DNA from: Humisphaera sp.
Lineage (GTDB): Bacteria > Planctomycetota > Phycisphaerae > Tepidisphaerales > Tepidisphaeraceae
Assembly (NCBI GenBank): GCA_036276235.1
Contig: DATBDZ010000403.1
Coordinates: 7,100 to 71,099 of the forward strand
Direction of reading: 5' to 3'
DNA length: 64,000 nucleotides
Numbering within the stretch: position 1 is the stretch's first letter; every line of letters begins with the position of its first letter. Positions 54,988-61,922 of this stretch are shown piece after piece. The notes below the pieces were generated by a model that made no database searches, was not told where the DNA came from, and saw only the letters and a program-made list of their open reading frames with translations. Position numbers and translations under genes: made by a program.

Positions 54988-56985
54988 TTACCTGGATTGC
55001 AAATCCCCTACTGTGACTCTTGCGATGTAGGCGACGGCCTTGCCGTCCTTATCGAGCGAGCCGGCGTCCACAGTGATAACGACGAACGATTTACCTGGTT
55101 GCACCGGGCCTTTGTGCAGGAGGCTGCACGTGTGAATGATCGGCATCAGATTGTCCGCTGTGCCGACGATCGACACAGTGCTCTCAGACTGGGATGAGAG
55201 CTGAATGCTCAGATCCAGTTCGATGATGTCCGGCGAGGCGGCCTTGCCGGCCAGCAAGAAGGTAGCGCCGGTGGAGATGTAGTTGATCGTGTTGATGTTC
55301 TGTCCGTCAGCGCGGATCGACGTGTTGCTGACATAGGGGCTGTTGGAGCCGATGTTGATTCTGTCGCCGGACAGCCGGACCGATTGATTGGCGCGGTATA
55401 TCGGCTTGGGCACGCCCAGCGCCGCCAGCGCCTTCTCGAAGGACTCGGCCGATTGGGCCACGTTATCCATCGCTCCCGCGCTGAGCTTCCCAATCCGATC
55501 GATCGGCATGCGCACGTCGTAGAGGGTGGCATCAAAATGACACGTTGGTCCCTCACCCGTTACCGGCGCCGTCGGGCCGCCGAAGCCGCGGCCCGATCGG
55601 CCGCCCGCAAAGCCGCCGAAGCCGGACGGTTCCGGTTGAGGGGCTGGGCGCGTCGTCGGCGGCGCTGCGGGCGTGCCGCCGGAGCCGGCCGCGCCGCTGT
55701 TAGCTGGCGGCTCCTGCCCGGCGGGAATCTGTGGGACCTGCGCCTTGAGGATGGCTCCTGGCACGATTGCCCCCAGCAATAGAACGACCATCAGGGCGCG
55801 ATATCGTGCGCTGGTTCCGCGACGGCTTACGCTAACGTCAAGTATCGCGCGCATGCGTTCTTCCAGGGTGGATGGGCGCGCCATCGCCATTGCTGTGCCG
55901 GACAATGTGAATGCGGGAAACGATGGGACCGAGATGCTCTCCAGAAGATGGCGGGCGTATGCTCGCGCATCGGTGCCGCTGTTGAGCACCAGGTCATCGC
56001 AGGCCCGCTCGCGCTCGACCTGCATTCGCCGATCGGCGATCCATACGAGCGGATTAAACCAATAAAGCGCGCAGGCAATCTGCGACAGCAATTGGCTGAG
56101 GCAATCCCCGCGCTTGAGGTGGCCCAGCTCGTGCAGGAGCACGTCGCGCCGTTGTGCCGTCGGCCATTGGTCGGCCTCTTGCGGGAGTAGCAATCGAGCA
56201 TGCAACAAACCCCACGTCATTGGCATCGAGCGCGCGGGGCTTTGCAGGAGCTCGACCGGGCGGCGGAGATTCAGCTCGCGGCAAAGGCGCTGAAGCAGAT
56301 CGAACATCTCGCCGTCGGTGATGACGATGCAGCGCCGCCGCAACAGCCACAAACTCATGTTGCCAAGCAACAGGCGAACGATCAGCAGCAGAGTTCCAAA
56401 GGCCCAACAGAGCAAAAGCCCGGGCGTCCATGGAAATGGCGGGCGATGCGTAATTCCTACAAGCTTTTGCTGAGGCGCAGGCGCAGGGGCCTGCCGCAAT
56501 GGCGCGGCATCTGCCGGCAAGACAGTCGACGGAGCTGGGGACGGATCAGTCGCCGGCGACTCGATATTGACGTTGGCGGTCGCCTCGTGATTGCGCGCCG
56601 ATGTAGCCGCTGGAGATTGCGGCGACTGCACCTGTGGCAGCGCCGGCGCAGGTTGGGCTGGAAGAGATATGGCTTGCTCCGTGGAGTGCGCCACCTGAAC
56701 ATGAACGACACTTGTCTCAGTAGGCACGCCACGCATGTGCGGCAGGACGTGCCAACCCGGCAGCATCGCCGACAGCACGGGCAGGAGAAGCGCACCAACG
56801 GCCCCCGCCAGCCACACGCCATGCCGCGTGGCGGCCGACGCGCGGCGCATCGTCAGTGCTACAATCGTGGCCAAAGCGATCACAACCGCGCTGCCAACGG
56901 CGGCGCGGAGCAAATGCGGCGACAGGCGATCCAACACGGCCGCGCATTCCTGAACGGCCGGCAGCGCCAGATGGGGCAACGCCAT
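54988..56985 (-). CDS. BlaR1/MecR1-type M56 peptidase signal transducer with non-canonical C-terminal sensor domain
   Basis: TM helices. HExxH in VLLHELGHLKRGDCLSQLL (M56 signature). Pro/Gly-rich linker. The ~200-aa C-domain is shared with the 54111 gene. ATG lies 1 nt after the BlaI stop. Confidence 0.85.
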   Translation of the reverse strand: MALPHLALPAVQECAAVLDRLSPHLLRAAVGSAVVIALATIVALTMRRASAATRHGVWLAGAVGALLLPVLSAMLPGWHVLPHMRGVPTETSVVHVQVAHSTEQAISLPAQPAPALPQVQSPQSPAATSARNHEATANVNIESPATDPSPAPSTVLPADAAPLRQAPAPAPQQKLVGITHRPPFPWTPGLLLCWAFGTLLLIVRLLLGNMSLWLLRRRCIVITDGEMFDLLQRLCRELNLRRPVELLQSPARSMPMTWGLLHARLLLPQEADQWPTAQRRDVLLHELGHLKRGDCLSQLLSQIACALYWFNPLVWIADRRMQVERERACDDLVLNSGTDARAYARHLLESISVPSFPAFTLSGTAMAMARPSTLEERMRAILDVSVSRRGTSARYRALMVVLLLGAIVPGAILKAQVPQIPAGQEPPANSGAAGSGGTPAAPPTTRPAPQPEPSGFGGFAGGRSGRGFGGPTAPVTGEGPTCHFDATLYDVRMPIDRIGKLSAGAMDNVAQSAESFEKALAALGVPKPIYRANQSVRLSGDRINIGSNSPYVSNTSIRADGQNINTINYISTGATFLLAGKAASPDIIELDLSIQLSSQSESTVSIVGTADNLMPIIHTCSLLHKGPVQPGKSFVVITVDAGSLDKDGKAVAYIARVTVGDLQSR

Positions 56986-56986
56986 A

Positions 56987-57370
56987 TCAGTCTCCTTGCT
57001 TGATCGCTTTGTCGATCAGATCGGAAAGACGACGCAATTCTTCCGGGGCGGCGGTACGCCGCGGGTCGCTCAGATGGGCGGCGACGGCGTGCTCGAGCGA
57101 GCCGCCGAAGAACACATCCAACACGCGGCCCAGCGCCGACTTTCCCGCCTGCCCACGCGCCTGTGTCGGGCGATAGATAAACTCGCGCCCCAGCTTGTGA
57201 TGCTTCAGATGTCCTTTGCTTTCCAGGATGCGGAGCAAGGTCCGCAGTGCGCCGCGCATGGGCGGATCTGGAATTCCGTCCATGATCTGCGAGACGCTCG
57301 CCTCGCCGCGGGCGTAGACCGCATCCATGATCTGCCGCTCGCGCTTGCTCAATTGCCGGGGGTCCGCCAT
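56987..57370 (-). CDS. BlaI/MecI/CopY-family transcriptional repressor
   Basis: 127 aa. LSKRERQIMDAVYARGEASVSQIMDGI....RGALRTLLRILESKGHL..HKLGREFIYRP is the winged-helix penicillinase-repressor pattern. Confidence 0.9.
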   Translation of the reverse strand: MADPRQLSKRERQIMDAVYARGEASVSQIMDGIPDPPMRGALRTLLRILESKGHLKHHKLGREFIYRPTQARGQAGKSALGRVLDVFFGGSLEHAVAAHLSDPRRTAAPEELRRLSDLIDKAIKQGD

Positions 57371-57396
57371 CGAGGTTCTCCATCAGCTTTCCTACT

Positions 57397-57416
57397 AAGG
57401 ATAATAATTTATCCTT
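57397..57416. promoter_or_regulatory. candidate BlaI operator (perfect 8-4-8 palindrome AAGGATAA TAAT TTATCCTT)
   Basis: Lies 27-46 nt upstream of the blaI-like ATG, in an AT-rich patch of the promoter region. Confidence 0.45.
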
Positions 57417-57546
57417 TGGAAAGTTGCAGTCAATTGAAAAAATCTTTGCGGCGATGTAAGCGGCCGTGCGCCCTTACACCGCCGGCGAACGATCCGTCAG
57501 GGGAGCGCGCCAGTTTGTATGGCCAACGCGACCAGGTCCGAACATT

Positions 57547-57622
57547 GTCATGCTGAGGTACTCCGAAGCATCTGGCTGGATCGCGCAGTTGGGCAAGATG
57601 CTTCGGAGTACCTCAGCATGAC
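57547..57622. repeat. GTCATGCTGAGGTACTCCGAAGCATCTGG...CAAGATGCTTCGGAGTACCTCAGCATGAC palindromic element
   Basis: Arms of about 25 nt are almost perfectly complementary. Same family as 35080-35154. Confidence 0.9.
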
Positions 57623-57767
57623 GGTTCCGACCAAGGTGTGCGCGCTGCAAACCCAAGTGCACCCATGGATCGTGCACGGACCCACCCGTGAATCAGAATC
57701 CTTCCACGTTCGCATCACCGAGGCATTTGGGTTATCAAAGGCGGCTGTCCTGGCGGAGTTGAATTCA

Positions 57768-59111
57768 ATGAAAGATATCTCCGATCCCCAGCCCGTCGAG
57801 TACGCCTCCCGTGCCCCGTCGGCATCTGGCTTTAAGCTGCCCGGCCTGCGCTGGTGGATGATCTCGTTGATCATGCTCGGGTCGATCTTGAATTATCTGA
57901 CTCGCAATACGCTGTCGGTGGCGCAGGTCAGACTTCAGGACACGCTGCATATCACCGAACGGCAATACTCGTGGATCACCAGCTCATTCCAGGGGGCGAT
58001 CATGCTCCAGCCGATCTGCGGGTATGTGCTGGACACCGTTGGGCTGCGGATCGGCGTCGCAATTTTTGTCGTGGCGTGGTCGGTCATCAACATGGCGCAC
58101 GGGCTGGCCGGCTCGTGGCGCGGGCTGGCGTTTCTGCGCGGCTTAATGGGCTTCGCCGAAGGGTCGGCCAACCCATCGGGAGTGAAAGCCACCGCCGAGT
58201 GGTTCCCCGCGCGCGAGCGCGGACTCGCCGGCGGCATCTACAATATCGGCGCATCATTTGGATCGATGCTCGCGCCGCCTTTGGTGGCGGCGGCGATCTA
58301 TTATTTCAATTGGCAGACCGCATTTGTCGTCACCGGAGCAATGGGGCTGGTGTGGGTGATACTGTGGCTGGCGCTTTACCGGTCGCCATCACAACACCCT
58401 TTGCTGTCGGAAAAGGAGCGGGAATATATTGCCGCCGGTCAGGAGGCGTCGCTGAGCGCTGCGACGAAGCCGTCGGTTGTGCAGATCATCACGCAACGGA
58501 ATTTCTGGGGCATTGCGATCCCGCGATTTTTGGCCGACCCGATGTGGGGAACGCTTTCGTTCTGGCTGCCGCTCTATTTGAACAAGGTGCGGGGCTGGGA
58601 CCTCAAACACATCGCGTTGTTCGCCTGGCTCCCCTTCCTGGGGATGGACCTCGGGTGCATCTTCGGCGGTCTGCTCAGCGCCTGGCTGCAGAAGCACACA
58701 AACATGTCGGTGATCAACGCACGCCGCGCCTCGTTCACTGTCGGGGCATGCCTGATGACAAGCGTGGCATTCGCCGGCCGCGCGCAGAGCCCTTACCTGG
58801 CAATTATCCTTTTCAGTGTCGCCGGCTTTGCCCACCAGACATTGTCAGTCACGGTGATCACGATGGCATCCGACCTTTTTCGGCGCAGCGAAGTGGCGAC
58901 GGTCGCCGGCATGGCCGGAACAATGGGCAACGCCGGCCTGCTGATATTCACGCTGATGCTCGGATGGCTCGTGGCAAGAATCGGATACTCGCCGTTTTTT
59001 GTGTGCCTGAGCGTATTGGACATCGCCGGGGCAATCGTGTTGTGGACGCTGGTGCGAGAACGCCGTGAGGACGCGGAGCGCGGATTTCCGGTGGTGGAAG
59101 TGGCATCTTAA
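57768..59111 (+). CDS. MFS transporter, hexuronate (ExuT)-like
   Basis: RWWMISLIMLGSILNYLTRNTLSVAQVRLQDTLHITERQYSWI.. closely follows the ExuT N-terminal pattern, with 12 hydrophobic spans. ATG 57768 chosen because the ORF-track start 57519 lies inside the repeat. Confidence 0.85.
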   Translation: MKDISDPQPVEYASRAPSASGFKLPGLRWWMISLIMLGSILNYLTRNTLSVAQVRLQDTLHITERQYSWITSSFQGAIMLQPICGYVLDTVGLRIGVAIFVVAWSVINMAHGLAGSWRGLAFLRGLMGFAEGSANPSGVKATAEWFPARERGLAGGIYNIGASFGSMLAPPLVAAAIYYFNWQTAFVVTGAMGLVWVILWLALYRSPSQHPLLSEKEREYIAAGQEASLSAATKPSVVQIITQRNFWGIAIPRFLADPMWGTLSFWLPLYLNKVRGWDLKHIALFAWLPFLGMDLGCIFGGLLSAWLQKHTNMSVINARRASFTVGACLMTSVAFAGRAQSPYLAIILFSVAGFAHQTLSVTVITMASDLFRRSEVATVAGMAGTMGNAGLLIFTLMLGWLVARIGYSPFFVCLSVLDIAGAIVLWTLVRERREDAERGFPVVEVAS

Positions 59112-59325
59112 ATCCAAATGGCCTTGCGATTGGTGTAGCTCTGCCAAGGCCGGGAAGTTTTTCGTTGCACGGGTTTCCAACCCATGGGTCCTGGTACTCC
59201 AGGACATTGGTCGGTACTCCAACCAAATCAGCACGGTGCGAAGCGAGAGCAAAGTTGGCACGGTAGGATGCCGCGGCGTACCGCGGCCACGGGTTGAAAA
59301 CCCGTGCCACGGGAGAAGTCCCTGC

Positions 59326-60957
59326 ATGAACATCACCAACCCCATCCTCCGCGGCTTCAATCCCGATCCGTCGATCCTGCGCGTCGGCGATGATTACTAC
59401 ATCGCCACCTCCACTTTCGAGTGGTATCCGGGCGTGCAAATTCACCGCTCGCGCGATCTGGTGAATTGGCGGCTTCTTACGCGGCCGCTGCGGCGGGCGA
59501 GCCAGCTCGACATGCGCGGCGACCCCGATTCCTGCGGCATCTGGGCGCCGTGTCTCACCTACGCCGACGGGCTGTTCTATCTGATTTACACCGATGTGAA
59601 GCGTTATGGCCGCGCTTCGGTCGGCGGTATGTCCAGCGCATCATTGCGCGACTTCCATAATTACCTCGTGACAGCCGAGCGGATTGATGGCGACTGGTCC
59701 GAGCCGATCTATCTCAACAGCAGCGGGTTTGATCCGTCGCTCTTTCATGATGACGATGGCCGCAAATATCTGCTGAACATGCTGTGGGATCATCGGCCGA
59801 ACCAGAATCGATTCGCCGGCATTGTGATTCAGGAATATTCGCATCGCGAGCAACAACTGATCGGCGAGCGACGGATGATTTTCAAAGGCACGCCGATCGG
59901 CTTCACCGAAGGCCCGCACCTCTACAAGCGCGGCGGATACTATCATCTGCTCGTCGCCGAGGGCGGCACGTTTTGGGGACATGCCGTCACGATGGCGCGC
60001 TCGCGAAACATCGACGGGCCGTATGAGCTGCATCCCGATACATATGTCCTGACGGCGCGCAATCGACCCGACAGCCCGCTGCAGCGCGCGGGTCATGGCT
60101 CGCTTGTGGAGACGCAAGACGGGCAGACGTACATCGCCTATCTATGTGGCAGGCCCCTTCCCAATCGCGGACGTTGCACGCTGGGCCGCGAGACTGCGAT
60201 TCAGAAAATGGTCTGGTCGCCCGATGGTTGGCTGCGCACCACTGATGGCCAGGGCGCGCCTCAAGTGAGCGTTGAGGCGCCGAATCTGCCGACTCACCCG
60301 TTCCCGGCGTCGCCGGTACGCGAGGATTTTGATTCCACGGAACTGCCGATCGATTTTCAATGGCTTCGCACGCCCTCCCCGCAGCACCTTTGGAGTCTGA
60401 CCGAACGTCCCGGCTTCCTGCGCCTATTCGGTCGCGAAACATTGGGGAGCCAGTTCGAGCAGGCACTGGTCGCTCGCCGCCAACAGGACTTTTGTTTCAC
60501 CGCCTCGACTCGCATGGAATTCCAGCCGCGGCATTTCCAGCAGGCGGCTGGGCTCATTCTGTATTACCACGCGACCAAGTTTCACTATCTGTTCCTGACG
60601 GAGGACGACACGATCGGCCGTCACCTGCGCGTCATGTCGTGTGTGACGGATGTTGGCGACAGCTTCAGCGCTGCGATCCCGCTGCCGCCGGGGACGAGTG
60701 ATATCGAGCTTCGCATGGATGTGGATTTCGAGCGGCTGATTTTTTCATACCGATTGCCCGGCGCCGCCTGGCAATCGCTGCCGCAGGTCTTCGATGCGAG
60801 CATCGTGTCCGATGAGGCCGGGCCGCCCACGCTGCCGAATTTTACCGGCGCGTTTCTTGGGATGTGCTGCCAGGACCTCAGTGGAACGCGCCGGCCGGCT
60901 GACTTTGATTACTTCGAATATTCGGAACGAGCCTATCAAGTCCTGCCGGGCAAGTAA
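59326..60957 (+). CDS. glycoside hydrolase family 43 beta-xylosidase/arabinofuranosidase-like
   Basis: MNITNPILRGFNPDPSILRVGDDYYIATSTFEWYPGVQIHRSRDLVNW is the GH43 XynB-type N-terminus. C-terminal beta-sandwich domain. ATG 59326 follows GGGAGAAG. Confidence 0.9.
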   Translation: MNITNPILRGFNPDPSILRVGDDYYIATSTFEWYPGVQIHRSRDLVNWRLLTRPLRRASQLDMRGDPDSCGIWAPCLTYADGLFYLIYTDVKRYGRASVGGMSSASLRDFHNYLVTAERIDGDWSEPIYLNSSGFDPSLFHDDDGRKYLLNMLWDHRPNQNRFAGIVIQEYSHREQQLIGERRMIFKGTPIGFTEGPHLYKRGGYYHLLVAEGGTFWGHAVTMARSRNIDGPYELHPDTYVLTARNRPDSPLQRAGHGSLVETQDGQTYIAYLCGRPLPNRGRCTLGRETAIQKMVWSPDGWLRTTDGQGAPQVSVEAPNLPTHPFPASPVREDFDSTELPIDFQWLRTPSPQHLWSLTERPGFLRLFGRETLGSQFEQALVARRQQDFCFTASTRMEFQPRHFQQAAGLILYYHATKFHYLFLTEDDTIGRHLRVMSCVTDVGDSFSAAIPLPPGTSDIELRMDVDFERLIFSYRLPGAAWQSLPQVFDASIVSDEAGPPTLPNFTGAFLGMCCQDLSGTRRPADFDYFEYSERAYQVLPGK

Positions 60958-61000
60958 TCGCCGGTGAGGGCGCACGATCTCTTCGGCGAACTCGCTTTTA

Positions 61001-61108
61001 TCCCCTCCTCCGGTACTCCGGGGGAGGGTTAGGGTGGGGGCAATTCGTGCGACAGGTACTCGTTCTACACCTCCCTCCCCAACCCTCCCCCGGAGTACCG
61101 GGGGAGAG
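61001..61108. repeat. inverted repeat CCCCTCCTCCGGTACTCCGGGGGAGGGTTAGGGTGGGGG / CCTCCCTCCCCAACCCTCCCCCGGAGTACCGGGGGAGAG
   Basis: Read directly. Each arm itself contains a CCGGTACTCCGG-type mini-palindrome. Confidence 0.85.
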
Positions 61109-61224
61109 AGAAATGCAGTTGGCGGCACCGTCACACCCGATTGGCGCTTGGCTGGGATTTCTCACATTGCCCGCCGCATCCTGCGCGCTCTATACTGCAA
61201 GTCCGCCAACGAGCGGGGTAATTT

Positions 61225-61671
61225 GTGACCACGGCTCCTCAAAAAACTACGCAAACTTTCAACGACGCGACAATTCGAAGCATCCTGATTGTGGACGACA
61301 ACGTCGCCACCGCCGGCGCGCTGGCCAAGATTCTCGGGTCGGCGAATTTCGCCACGCACGTCTATTTTCGCGGCAACGACGCCATTGCCTGCGCCCAGAA
61401 CACGCCCTTTGACGGTGCCGTGATCGACATTCATCTGCCGGATATCAATGGGCTGGTTCTCTCCAAAAAGTTGCGCGAGTTTTGGGGCCCGGCCAAGCCG
61501 ATCATCATTTTGAGCGGCGATAGCTCGATGGAGGTCATCAACAGTCTCCCGCACGTCGGTGCCACGCATTTTTTCAGCAAGCCGGTGAGCGCGAATCGGC
61601 TGCTGGAGCATTTGCGGAGGGAGATGGGGTTGGGGGAAGGCACGAAGGCACAAAGGCACGAAGGCACGTAG
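61225..61671 (+). CDS. stand-alone response-regulator receiver domain protein
   Basis: ILIVDDNVATAG.., GAVIDIHLPDINGL, IIILSGDSS and FFSKPVS are the receiver-domain acidic pocket, phospho-Asp, T/S and K positions. GTG start. The last ~15 codons lie in the octamer repeat. Confidence 0.8.
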   Translation: MTTAPQKTTQTFNDATIRSILIVDDNVATAGALAKILGSANFATHVYFRGNDAIACAQNTPFDGAVIDIHLPDINGLVLSKKLREFWGPAKPIIILSGDSSMEVINSLPHVGATHFFSKPVSANRLLEHLRREMGLGEGTKAQRHEGT

Positions 61672-61880
61672 GGATGGAGGGACGAAGGGACAGAGGGACA
61701 GAGGGACGAAGGGAGGTAGGGGCGAAGATACATGGGGAGGGCCCCCGCTTTGGAGAGGTGGACCTGCGGTCCGACCGCTACGCACAACGCGAGCTACATC
61801 TCTGTCATTCAGTCCCTTCCGTCGCTATCTCCGTCCGTGCCTATGTCCCTACGTCCCTTCGTCCCTCTGTCCCTTCCCCA
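61636..61880. repeat. large imperfect inverted pair of octamer arrays (GGSACGAA/GGGACAGA units)
   Basis: Left arm 61636-61724 holds about eleven consecutive 8-mers: ggcacgaa ggcacaaa ggcacgaa ggcacgta gggatgga gggacgaa gggacaga gggacaga gggacgaa... Right arm 61811-61880 is its approximate reverse complement. Confidence 0.85.
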
Positions 61881-61922
61881 AAGAATTGACGCCCGCCCTC
61901 AACCGGCTTAAAGTTTCCACTG

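Noticed and set aside
57519-57767. N-terminal extension of the transporter ORF
   Set aside because: The extension is encoded by the palindromic repeat (..HAEVLRSIWL..). ATG 57768 gives a normal N-terminus.
57854-59068. 404-aa alternative frame over the MFS transporter
   Set aside because: It is Arg/Gly-rich nonsense. The in-frame ExuT-like protein explains the region.
61162-61785. 207-aa minus-strand ORF over the receiver gene, and 61431..61787
   Set aside because: They are antisense to a clear receiver domain and are built from octamer-repeat translation.
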